This document shows positions 49,150 through 61,332 of a DNA stretch of 64,000 bases, in pieces. Source of the DNA: Phoronis australis (lineage: Eukaryota > Animalia > Phoronida); assembly GCA_002633005.1 (NCBI GenBank), contig NMRA01000253.1:445251-509250 (forward strand), written 5' to 3'. The first letter of the stretch is position 1; every line of letters begins with the position of its first letter. Under the pieces are notes generated by a model. That model had not been told where the DNA came from. It did no database searches and worked only from the letters and a program-made list of their open reading frames with translations. Position numbers and translations under genes: made by a program.

Positions 49150-51850
49150 CTGAAAAGAACATGTTTTGCTTTATGAACAGACATATGTCCCGAAAATGAT
49201 ACAATCCGCCCAATGCATTGTTTGATAAAAAGAAGGAAGTTCATAGAAATCCTTAATATTTGGTCAACGATTTCTGGAGCACCAACGTTAGATTGCAGTT
49301 CGATTCACAAGTAGCTTCGAGCAAAGATATTTGAAGTAGTCGCTGAATGGGTTATCAGGCAAATTGATCCGGATATTTGGCATCCAGAGCTGAAACATGG
49401 TCGGATACTTCGGGGATATGTGTAAAGCCGTCCCAGCGCAGTTACCTTTGTTACAAAGCTCATTACCAAGAACAGAATAGTAACTCAAAATACTACTATA
49501 AATCTTTCGGCACTCACAAAAGTTTAAGAATTGTTTTAGCTAACTCAGTTTTCTTGGAATGAGCCCCTGTCTGAAAATGTTCTTTCAAAATTGAACGTTC
49601 GATAGGCAATGAAATTTGATATTTTGTGGCCGCGTAAATTATAAGTAAGTAAGTTTATGTCTTTTGGTGCACACAACCTCATAACTATGAATTACATAAA
49701 TATTCACATTCTGCGAAATGCACAGCTTAGATCATTTCTCAAATAGCATTAGTGACCCATGTTGGTTGGAAGCTGTTTTGTAACATTCAATTAGGTTTGG
49801 GAGCTTGAAAATTTTTAGGGGAACAGGGTGTTAAATGAATAACAGCAGTCTTTTGATAAAGATCAATGGCGGTGAGGGTAGTTCATTGCTCGGGGGCAGG
49901 GAGAAAATGTTCATTTGCGCTTTTAATAGAAAGAGCATGTCTTCTCAAATTATCTAAACATCGCTGAGGAGAAGCACTAAAATGTTAAAAGATCAACACT
50001 ATAGGAAACAGTGTTATAGGAGTCTGGGTGGGAGCTATAGTCGACCCTCCCTTTTTTCAGTGCTGCGACGCCCATGTTTTGATTGGTCAAGTGTGGTGGC
50101 GGTCTGCTGCTAAATAATTTGTTACATGGGTAACTTTGTTCATTTCACTTTGTAATTAAAACTGTGAGCGCTGGAATACGCATTTTACAGCATTAGTTCG
50201 CGGAGAAGATTTTGCTTGTAAATGACACATTTCACACTTTCGGAAAAAGTCCGGTCACCCGTCAGTGACATATTCTGGGTCTATGTGCGAGTACCGAACG
50301 CTAGAAGTCTAGATTAACCCTTCCACCAGATACATCTGTGTGGTTTTAGTTTTGTCTGTGAAGCAGCTTGAACAGAGTAAAGAAAAAATCGTTTATGCTG
50401 TTTGGGCAGGTATGCATATTAGCTTGGCTGACCTGGCGGTGGCATAAGCCTCAGAGGAGTGCATACTTAACGCGCTCTCACATTTCGTAGTGTTTAAACA
50501 AACTGATGACTAACAAGTTACAACTTGGTCATTTCTGGCACAATGACGACTCATTACGTGGGGGTGGGGGCAGATCTATGTCAGGATTGGCGCTATTTTT
50601 TCACGGATCTTTACTTAACTTTATTCTCATGTGCACTTAACACGGGCAGGTCTACAGTTTTTGTGCTGCAATGTGCACCTGTCCAGTAAATTACAATATC
50701 TTCGTTCTCGGGGAAAAACAAATACGAAATATATACTGTGTAGTGAGAAAAAAATTGTAGAACCATCTTGGAACAGCCCAAGCTCATGAAAATTTGTTTG
50801 TTTCTTATCCGAGGTCAAAGGTTACGGCGCTGTTACTCAAATCGAATATCCCGTTAGGCACAGAGCAGCTGCGTATGTGCCCTCAATCCTTTCATTCACT
50901 GGTATCCCAAAATATTGCGTCAACACTGTGTACATATGATAGAAAGATGCCCGGAAATAAGACAACAGAACGTATTTGTATCCTAAGAGAGCGTGGAGTG
51001 TCCAACAATGAACTGATGACCTACTTTAAAATAGACCACAATGCACCAGCTTCAGAGACTTAATATACTAGCTCTGCCTGTGTCCTAGTTGGAGTCTAAG
51101 CATTAAAGATCGACTTTGTTGAAGTTAAACGTTTTTATCATAATCAAGTTAATTGAGCACTGCACATTCAGATGAAACTGTGCGTTAATTTTGAAATAAT
51201 GTACGTACATATGTTATATTGGCCAAGAACAAGTTTTCACCGAACAATTATCCTAAGTCTTTGAGATTTTCACTTCTCGCTACGTAATCGGCCTTTTCTC
51301 GGCGTCGGCAAATCGACTTAATTTGACATTAAGAACACGAGTTCTCGGAAACTACTTTCTGGATTTCGGTGAAACTTTCGAGTCTCTTCATGGATTCACC
51401 AATCTCAAAAACCCTGTTAGGATTTATGATATAAAGGACTAGTTTTTGCGTAACGTAACGGAGACAAATACAAAACTACGCTACGTTTTGTCATAGCAAT
51501 CAAACGAAAATGCTAGTTAAAAATTCCTAACAGCGTTTTTAGGCCAACTGGGGAAGTTTTCATCTTAAAAAAGGTTTCTTTAAAATCTACTGAGTGATTA
51601 TTTTGCTTTTAGTCTTCCTATCTTAAACATGGAGTTTTGATTTTAAAAGGTGCGAACGTAGTAATAATAATGACACATCAATATAAAACATACTTTTGAT
51701 TTTCGGACGTTTTCCTTTCAGAAAGTATAGACTTTTGCTAGTTGAAAAGGTCTAGTTTTCATGTATGTGTTATAATGGAGGCCAATAAATAAGGTTTGGA
51801 ATAGCCTTACGACGCAAGATTAAAAATGAAAATTTACGTTACTCTAATAC

Positions 51851-51979
51851 CTGGTTTTGTTACAGCTGGTTTACAGTATTGGCAGAAAAGTGGACAGTTG
51901 TGTCTGGCCCATGGTTCGAAGTCACCTACACAACTTGAGGTTGAGTATTTTGCACAATCGGCAATCCTGTCTTTGCATT
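51851..51979 (-). CDS. ShKT exon (type 3)
   Basis: 129 nt, TTTTAG|...CCAG|GTATTA. ECKDRIADCAKYSTSSCVGDFEPWARHNCPLFCQYCKPAVTKP. Confidence 0.88.
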
Positions 51980-52235
51980 CTAAAAGTTAGACATATATCA
52001 GGTCAGATATCAGCACGATTAATAGATTCCAAGCTATTGTATTTGTCAAAAATGCAACGAACAACTCTTATTTTAATGATATAGTTGTATCATTTAGGCT
52101 AAAACGGGTCAATCGTATTTGTTGCTAATGTTATCATTGCTTGAAACAATCGTCGTCAACAGACTTATGTAAGAAACCAAGGTGTCGAACCTTTAACTAA
52201 ACGGTGAAGTGAGACCCAGAATAACAGCTACTCAC

Positions 52236-52262
52236 CTTTAGGTTCGACTGGTTTGCCTCCCT
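52236..52262 (-). CDS. 27-nt linker micro-exon (EGGKPVEPK)
   Basis: ATTACAG| ... AAAG|GTGAGT, phase 1-1. Same length and same CTAAAG end as 49123-49149. Confidence 0.7.
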
Positions 52263-52831
52263 CTGTAATGAATCGATGCATATATTAAGTAAACCTCTCG
52301 ACGAAATAGTTACACATGCAACTGACATGGTGCATTTGGCCATCAATTTCGTGGTAATTACATCACTCGATACAGGAACTCCTCTTCATCAACTTTAAGA
52401 CAATGGTATTTCGTGCAATAGTCATTTAAGTAAATAGTCGTATACAGATGAGAACTCTTTTTTACAAAAGAAGGAAATCGTATTGCATTTTGGTCTGGTT
52501 TTCAAAATGATACCGTTGAGCAGAGGCGATCACCAAAGAATCACACACTGTGAAGTAGCAAGGTATATGTGACTAACAGATGTGCAGCAGTGTGGAAACA
52601 ACGGGAATGACAATGCAGTTTGGGCTCTTGGTGTGAAAAATAAACGAATAATCGTTTTACAGTTAGTCTGAAATCTAACCGCAATGTACATTTCATTTCA
52701 CCGTGATACGCGGTCAGTAAATCGAGTTTATGTTTAACCTACAGACCCGAACTCAATACGTCGGTAGATGGAAAAGGGATACCAGCAAACCATACAGAGG
52801 CAACTCTACTTTTTCCTTCACTTACCCCTGA

Positions 52832-53290
52832 CTACGACACGGGTGCCGTACTGTAAACCCATGCATCTGATACGATGCTTTTAACATCACAACAACAGGA
52901 ACAAAGAATGCTTGAGACGGCAAAATGCTCAATCGAGTTGGTGGCACGTCCAAAATTTGCTAACTCTTGCCACGGGAACGTACCTCTTTTGAATATACGG
53001 AGATATCTCGCCGCGACGTACGTGGGTTTGCTCAGCGTATTGGCCGTAATATCGTTATTGAGTGGGTACTTCAGTAACGAAAATTCCATGTAGGGACAAA
53101 AAGAATTTTAACAGAAAAGCAACGTTACCGCATCGTCCACATAACTTAGGACAGTACTCAAATCCCCAATCCTTCTGGCTTCCAGAGCAGATGTCCTCCT
53201 TACTGTGCTGGTTACATGTAGTAAGTTTGTCGTCGCATTCTGAAATAACATATCGCTCACACAGTTTCCATCAACTCCATAGTAAACCAC
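52832..53290 (-). pseudogene. Possible decayed OTU/vertnin-like protease fragment, probably transposon-derived
   Basis: Two adjacent frames give GVDGNCVSDMLF...VRRTSALE and ...RGTF..ELAN...IEHFAVSSIL...VKSI, loosely matching OTU DGNC...ALS.VL...I.S. The resemblance is weak. Confidence 0.25.
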
Positions 53291-54436
53291 TATTTTAATT
53301 TATACAACAGCAGCCAAGGCACATAAAAGTGAGAAACGAATTCCTACAAAGAGGAATGTTACACTTTCAACCAATTTCACGGGCCACGTTTGACTTGATA
53401 TAGAAGGTTTTTCATTCTTTTAAGGATTCCTATTCATCAAAGCCAAAAGCAAGTGCTCAGAAGGGATTACATAACGAGTAGCCTTCACTTCGAAAATGCA
53501 GTGGGTCAAGGGGACCAACGGTCCAACATCATCAACCAATCATTACAGTTCCGTTATTTTCTTAAGCTGGATAGTAAGCTCCGGACATTACAACTACTGT
53601 ACTCTCACCTGCCACTCGAATGATTTTGCTTGGTTTTGCGTGAATCTTACATTTGATTCTTTTGACTTTCTTGCATCTGCGGAACGCATCTTTACTACAG
53701 TCTTTCGCAGCGGTACCACAGATAGATTTGTTGTGTTGCGTAGACTAAAGACAATCGCAAGAATAGTTGTGTGTTCACGTGCATCGCTTCCACTGCATGG
53801 TGATATTCTGCGAATTATTCCTTGATCTTGTTTTCACGAGTTTCTTACTACTACGGCAACCTTACCCCAAGACAAATGGGAATTTGCATTATGCCCTAAT
53901 ACGCATGTCCTGGGCGCGGTATTTTCCTTTGGCTTTTGACTAGGAATCATTCTGCGGTTGGCTTACCCTGTGTCACGAAATCGGGTGGCAACTGAAGGAG
54001 TTCGTTGTCACAATTGGTGTGGATAAGCCTCAGGGGAGTGCATACCGCATTCACAAACGTCGTGGTTTTCAAAGCAAACTGGTGACCGTACGAACAGGTT
54101 ACAGCTCAATTATTTCAGGCACAGTGACGTCTCTTTACGTCAACAACGAGAGCATAGGTAGGAAGATGCCGAGAAATAAGAAAACAGATAGCAGCTGTGA
54201 TCCTGAGAAAACCTGGGGTTTCTAACAATGGACTTCTGACCTACTTTAAAGTGGACCACAATGCACCAGCTTGACGCACTTAATATACTGGCTCTGCTCG
54301 TGTCCTAGTTGGAGTCAGCATTAACAATCGACTTTGTTAGAATTAAACGCTTTTGTCATATGAAACTGCGCGTAAATGTTGAAATAATAAACGCTTATAG
54401 GTTATATTGGCCAAAAGCAAGTTTCACTGAACAGTT

Positions 54437-56370
54437 GCTGCAAGAAAACAAGTTATCAGTCTGATGTCACAGTTAAATTTGGTCGACCCGTGGCGCTTAC
54501 GTAACCCAAACACAACAAGCTATACTTGGTTCAGAATAAACCCTTGTAAGCAAGCCCGTCTGGACTTCTTTCTAGTGTCCGACGAATTTTCCTCTTGGAT
54601 AGAAAATATTGAAACGTCCCCAGGTTATAGAACCGACCATCATTGTGTCGTGACTACTATTCAGGCCTCTAAATTTGTTAGAGGTAAAGGTCTANNNNNN
54701 NNNNNNNNNNNNNNNNNNNNNNNNNNNNNNNNNNNNNNNNNNNNNNNNNNNNNNNNNNNNNNNNNNNNNNNNNNNNNNNNNNNNNNNNNNNNNNNNNNNN
54801 NNNNNNNNNNNNNNNNNNNNNNNNNNNNNNNNNNNNNNNNNNNNNNNNNNNNNNNNNNNNNNNNNNNNNNNNNNNNNNNNNNNNNNNNNNNNNNNNNNNN
54901 NNNNNNNNNNNNNNNNNNNNNNNNNNNNNNNNNNNNNNNNNNNNNNNNNNNNNNNNNNNNNNNNNNNNNNNNNNNNNNNNNNNNNNNNNNNNNNNNNNNN
55001 NNNNNNNNNNNNNNNNNNNNNNNNNNNNNNNNNNNNNNNNNNNNNNNNNNNNNNNNNNNNNNNNNNNNNNNNNNNNNNNNNNNNNNNNNNNNNNNNNNNN
55101 NNNNNNNNNNNNNNNNNNNNNNNNNNNNNNNNNNNNNNNNNNNNNNNNNNNNNNNNNNNNNNNNNNNNNNNNNNNNNNNNNNNNNNNNNNNNNNNNNNNN
55201 NNNNNNNNNNNNNNNNNNNNNNNNNNNNNNNNNNNNNNNNNNNNNNNNNNNNNNNNNNNNNNNNNNNNNNNNNNNNTTTTTGGAAGGATATTTTCCATAT
55301 CTTATACGAATTTATCAATCTTTGTGAGATAGAGGATCCTTTGTACCAACCTTTGTGGTATAACCCCAAAATCTGTATAGACAGCAATCCAATTTTTTGG
55401 AACGAGTGGTTTCAAAAGGGTATACGGTACGTATACGATTTAATTGACCCTGATAAGGGATATATTTATGATTATCATACCTTTTGTAAACGTTTTCAGT
55501 TTTGTCCTTGTATTACTCATTTTTATGGAATTCGAAGTTCAATACTTCGTTCTTGGAATCATCTAAGAGATAAGAGTACTGTAGTCACTCCACATTTTCC
55601 AGAACATATTTTTCGAATCTCCTCGGAAAATAAAGGGACTGGGAAAATCTATGAAGTATTTATTTCTAAATTATATGTAAAACCTGTCGCAGAATTGAAG
55701 TGGGAGAGAGAAATTAACTTATGTGATGAAACTCAATCTTGGAAAAAAATTCATTCTGTAATTTATCATTGTACTTCTGATGTCAGACTCAGATGGTTTC
55801 AATTCCGTATCAACCACAGAATTATTGGTACAAACTCTTATTTAAAGAAAATAGGTGTTAGTGAATCGTCTTTATGTTCTTTCTGTGAGCAACATGAAGA
55901 AACAATTCTACATTTGTACTGGGAATGTTCACTTGTTCAGAAGTTTTGGATATGTTTAAGAACATGGATGATAAATCAGTGCAATTTCCCTCTGCAGTTA
56001 AATATGTCTTCCGCCTTGTTTGGAGATCCAGCCTGTAGATTAGAAGCTGTAAATTTAATTCTTTGCTTAGCAAAATTCCATTTATATAGACAAAGATTAC
56101 AAAAGACTAAGCCCAATTTTCAGTCATTTTTACGTGAGGTATATGATTACTACAACCTGGAAAAAATTATTTACAATGATAAATTGGATCTTGAGAGATT
56201 CCAAGCAAGATGGTCTTTTTTGCCTAACTACATGTAGCTTCTATAGGGTCCGATAATGTTCGTAATTTGTCTGATGTACACTAAACTAGATGTCATATTG
56301 TCGCACAACTATGTACTGGTTGGTTGAGTTAATAAATCTGTTTTATTCATCAAAAAAAAAAAAAAAAAAA
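54437..56370 (+). mobile_element. L1/Tx1-type LINE, 5'-truncated in the endonuclease domain, young
   Basis: TSD GTTTCACTGAACAGTT (54421-54436, 56371-56386) and a clean poly(A) at 56352-56370. Endonuclease motifs DPWR..NP...YTW...ARLDFFL...TDH. Open C-terminal ORF2 to 56237 with CSFCEQHEETILHLYWEC. Confidence 0.92.
54695..55276. other. Assembly gap (N run) inside the LINE
   Basis: Run of N bases. Confidence 1.
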
Positions 56371-56395
56371 GTTTCACTGAACAGTTATCCTAAGT

Positions 56396-56807
56396 TATGC
56401 AAGGACCAGAGGGTACAGCTTTTCCAGACACTCGAACAATACCCTAATGTTTACAAAAAAATATTCAGAAATTCCGCAATTGTACAACATTTTTTTTCTA
56501 TATGGATGTCAAGAAATCAACCCATATGAAAATAATGTTTTATTTGAAATGAAAATTTCTTTATAACATTTAATGTTTTGTGTGTGTGGATCGGAATTGT
56601 ATACATGTGTATGAAAATGAATTGTTTACATTCGTAATCATATGTCATTGTAATCTTAACATCAGTTTTTTTAATTTATGCATTCGTGCATAATAATTGT
56701 ATATAGACGTCTTTGTATTTTTAACCCAGATCTAATCTTCTTGGCGCTCTCTGGGTTATGTATATTCACTTTATTCTGAAGATTTCGTAATAAACATTTT
56801 AAAAAAA
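56396..56807 (+). mobile_element. Severely 5'-truncated retroposon 3' end
   Basis: 10-bp TSD TATCCTAAGT (56386-56395, 56808-56817), with AATAAA followed by an A tail. Empty site at ~51249 (ttatcctaagtcttt). Confidence 0.7.
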
Positions 56808-56968
56808 TATCCTAAGTCTTCGAGATTTTTCACGTCTAGCCAGATAATCGGTCTTTTCTCAGCTGCGGCAAATAGACTTAATTTGAGCTTAAGAACACGA
56901 GTTCTCGAAAACGGCTCTCTGAATTACGCTGAGACTTTCAAAACTTTACATCTCTTCATCAATCTTAA

Positions 56969-59900
56969 AGAGGAAATTGCAAGGTCCAAACCAATCTCAA
57001 CAACAACATGGTCTAAATTCTAGTTTATGATTATCATTGCTATATTCTTAACATTAACTGAATTGTACGCCGCTATACAAAGTTATTTACATATTCAGTG
57101 CCGTGGTGTTGTAACGTCATCGTTGTAACGGAGAATAGAAACGGCGCCATTTTCGTTCGTTACACATCTGTTACGTGGTGTTGGGAACACAAAGGAAGCA
57201 ATGTATGTCCAAGTGAGTACAGCAGCGTAGATGAGGAATACTTTGAACGATACAGGGACGGACAGGGGGACTTTTCAGATGATTCCGACCTTTCGGACGT
57301 GGAGGTAGAGGTGACAGATTCCAGAGGAACAATATGTGTTCACAGCTTTTCTGTAGTGGAGCCGTTCAACCTCGATCCCATTCACGGCCCCTTCTCTGGT
57401 CGCCGAAGACTCAATCCCAGCGGGTTCGTCCTGTGAACGTCAACAGGCTGAAGGTGCGCAGGAGTTGCGATTAGATGTTAGTGATTGGTAAGAATATTAT
57501 CAATATGTATCCTACAACAGCGAATTATAACTTGATCTTTTTTAATTCAAAAGTAGGTGCTTTACCAGTCAGTCCCAGGCGCCCATATTCCCATTGGTGA
57601 ATCGTGTTTCAGCCGTGGATAAATACCAGATTCAGTGATAAAACTGGGATTTTTTTTGCATTTTAGCAAAGTCACTCAAAAAGTGTTAGGTCTCTGATTA
57701 TTTGTAGACAGTGTGGCTCAGTGGTTTGAGCTTGTGAGACTCAGGTTCGAATCCTGGGTTTCACTGGCATGCAATTGAGCATTGAACAAAATTGTCTCTT
57801 CTCCGATACTAAGCTGGGTGTTACTAGTGAGTGAATAAATGTATACAAGGGAATGAATGAGAACCACTTTGGAATAATCTACTGTGAATTGTAAAGAAGA
57901 GGATGAAAGAATTGTAATTTTATAATTTAGACTTTCTCACCTTGGTGCTGGGGGAGGGCATAATTCTATAGGTTATAGAACAAGTCATTTCATTTTCGTA
58001 CTCAAGTCAACTCGGACCTATATCAATCTACACATGTGTTCCAAAACAGTTTTATTTTGTAAGGCGATGCTTGAAATGGAAACAACCATTCCATGTCGAT
58101 GTACATTGACCCGATGTTGCCATTATTTATAAATGAAATATGGTACATGGCTTGGTTACGAGTCGACTTGGGTAGGAACCGCCTGGTAAAGTTTCTATAG
58201 TGAAGAGTAAAGAGAGCATACCATTGGATTGGTGATTGCCCATATAGCATATCAAGAAGTTTTAATGAATACTGTAATATTTAAAATATGGGCGACCCTT
58301 TGAGTGGCAACACTGCTTTTCAAGTTGGTTTACCCCATTGTCATTGTCTAGTTTGATTAATGGTATGTGGGTGCCGATAGGATTCAGATTGGGAGAATAG
58401 GTCTCACGACTACATACAAAACAGTCCCCTCCATCAATGAATCAGGGCAACTACCTTTTGCCTTAGGGTCAGCTAAAAATCAAACAACTAATGTCCATTA
58501 CTATATCCCCCGGGCATGATCTACCACTGCCTTTAGTGTAGCACTATTCATTTGTATGAAAAGTAAATATCTTTACTATATACATGTATGATCAATTTGT
58601 ACAAAAAATAAATAGGTTGTGATGTTCCAACCAATTTTCCTGAAAACTGAAGTCGTATGCAGACCCCTCAATTTGGTAGAGGCACTCTTGGTAAATTTTT
58701 CAATTCGAAATTTTGATGTTTACTGAAATAATGTATTATTGTTGACACATCTGGCAGGTGCACCTGGGGCAACTGTCAGACAACCTCAGTTGTTGAAGAA
58801 AGAGTATGTTGCCAAGAGGTTGACAAGGTTGTTGCAAAACTTGATGAAGAAATGAATCGTGACAAAAGCCAATATCCTGATGGCTATGACAGACCCTTGG
58901 ATAAAAGGATTTGACCCATGGCCTACAAACAGTTCCAAAGATGGGTACACGGTCACTTAGGACGAACAGTCCGTGTTGTCATTCCAGCATGCGCAGTAGC
59001 CTGCATCAGAGCTTTCTACCCTCCGCCAGGAAATGAGGAAGACTTTGAGTTCCAAGGATTTTCTTAAAAGTTTCACCCATTTATAGATATCAACAGTTGT
59101 CTTAGCCCTGGAATGCCAACTCCTCAACATGACCTATGTATTCTGTTATAACAACTTGTGACTCGGGGACTAGTTTTATGTATTAATTCAAACGAGTTCC
59201 AAAAAACTGTAGTGACAAATTCCATAGAAAGAACAAACATCGTAACAAACGAATGCAATCGCAGTGCAACCTCAGCGGCATAAAATTGAAGTAGACATTC
59301 CATGAATAGACTTCTGTGGTTTCAGAATGGTAAGTAATTAACATAGCTAGCAGCATTTATTGATGCCTATCAATCTGGTTACTTATAATAACATGGTCAT
59401 GACAAGTGTAATTTAACTAGGACTACATTATAAACCTCTAAACTCAACATCAGTTGAACTTATGGTTTACCTAGGCAAACAGAGGAATTGGTCTCATTGG
59501 AGTCTAGTTTGTGTGCTTGAAGCAAACACATTGAACAGTATGGCTGTTACATACATGTAAAAAATTAAAAGTTTTGAATCTGGGCCATAGTCTGAAGTCG
59601 AGACTAAATCTTCGCCCTCTTCTTACACAGTAGAACTCTGTAAATTGGTAGCGCTTCAGTGGGAACTTTAGAAAGGTTAGCATTAATTCCGCAGTAACGC
59701 CTCCAAATAAGTCTAACTTTGATGAAATATCTCAGTCTCTCTGGATACAACTTAGCGAGTTCTACTGTAATTCAATGAGAAATCAGTCAAATAACACGAC
59801 ACAGCAACCACTGAATCTCAACCCAAAAGCTCCAGTATGCAATAGCTTTAGATGTCTGTGACATGGTGTGAAAACACAAAAAGTATGCACATGAGTAGGT

Positions 59901-60797
59901 ATTGGGAAATCTGGAAGGAGTGATTATACCACTCACTCAAATATTCCCAAGACAATGTTCAAATTCTGTGCAAGTGATCATTCTGTGTACAATTTAGATG
60001 AGATTGTCGCACGAAAAGACTGACGACCCAAACAAGTACCTTTTCACCCCCACTTAAGAAAGTCTTCCTTTACCGACACACTGTATGGGACAGCAACAGT
60101 TCAGTGCAAATCAAATATAATTAAAAAAGCTATGCCGCAATGTTTATAGTCATTGTATTGAAGAACCATTGAAATGTTTCCAGGTGCGGATCCAGGATTT
60201 TGCCCGTCAGACATTCGCACTCCCAAACAGTCAAATGGAATCTGGGAGAATTTTAGGGGGGCATGGCCCCCCTCTAAATCTGCCACTATTTTCAATATAA
60301 GAACATAGTATATCACTGGGTTTATCTATACAAATGGGACAGCCAAATACCACACACAAAAGCTTTTCACAATTTCCACTACTGGTACTATAAACACTCG
60401 ACAGTCATTTTCAAAAGACGAGCAGAGCACACGAAAACCTGCCATTACGCAGCCAGATGCTTGTCTTTTTAGAATTTAAATGGGCTCATGCCTTCCACCT
60501 GGGTGGTGTTAAAATAGCACACACACACACACACACCGATGCACCATGGCTAAAACACGCCAAGGTTGAACGGTCTTTGCTCTTCGTGTACTGTGATATA
60601 ATAGCAGTGAACTGCATTGTGGGATATGATCTGGTTTGTGTTCCCCAACACCATGTCACGGTGTCAAAGGTCAACTTTTTGCGCATTTTTCTTACTTTCG
60701 ATACAATAATACGATGATTTGAATAAAAAACATCCAAATAGCAATACCTTGAGTATATTATAGCAATTTAACATACTTGGACCTTGAAAATTACACT
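56969..60797 (-). mobile_element. Kolobok-type DNA transposon, copy 2 (inverted relative to copy 1)
   Basis: Reverse complement of 8911-13554, with TTAA/TCAA flanks. KolX-like exons on + (~57201-57487, 58758-59067). Lacks ~0.7 kb (copy-1 ~9325-10020) and ~0.1 kb of KolX exon 2. Confidence 0.88.
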
Positions 60798-61011
60798 TCA
60801 AAGACTTTATTAGGATTTTAGATATCGAGGACTAGTTTTTGCGAGTTGATTTGTCATACTAATCCTACGAGAAAGCTAATTTCCAGACTATTTTCTTTTT
60901 CGTTGAAAAAGCCTAGTTTTCATATATGTGGTAGAATGGAGGCCACCAAATACGGTTTGAGATAACATTAAGACACATGATTAAAAGTGAAAATTTACAT
61001 CACAGCATTAC

Positions 61012-61131
61012 CTGATATCGGTTTACAGTATTGGCAGGTAAGTGGACAGTTTTCTCTGGCCCATGGTTCGTAGTTACCTACGCAACTTGAAGTTCCGTAT
61101 GCTACACAATTGTCCTTCTTGTCTTTGCAGT
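61012..61131 (-). CDS. ShKT exon (type 3), the most 5' exon visible
   Basis: 120 nt, GTTCAG|...TCAG|GTAATG. DCKDKKDNCVAYGTSSCVGNYEPWARENCPLTCQYCKPIS. Flanks are paralogous to those of 51851-51979. Confidence 0.88.
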
Positions 61132-61332
61132 CTGAACGTTAGACACATATTAAGTCAGATGTTAATGCAGAAAGAAACAATTATCATAGTTAAAAACATA
61201 AGAATTCCGCACGATTAACAGATTCACAGTTATTGTCTTTATCAAAAATGCAACGAACAACTCTTGTTTTTATGATATAGTTGTATCATTTTGGCTGGAA
61301 CGAATCAATTGTATACGCGTGTGTTGCTAATG

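Noticed and set aside
22797-61131. Calling these domains Kv-channel-blocking toxins
   Set aside because: The ShK Lys-Tyr dyad lies between Cys3 and Cys4, where these domains are mostly acidic (EQEWAREN, DYEPWARD). The fold alone does not imply toxicity.
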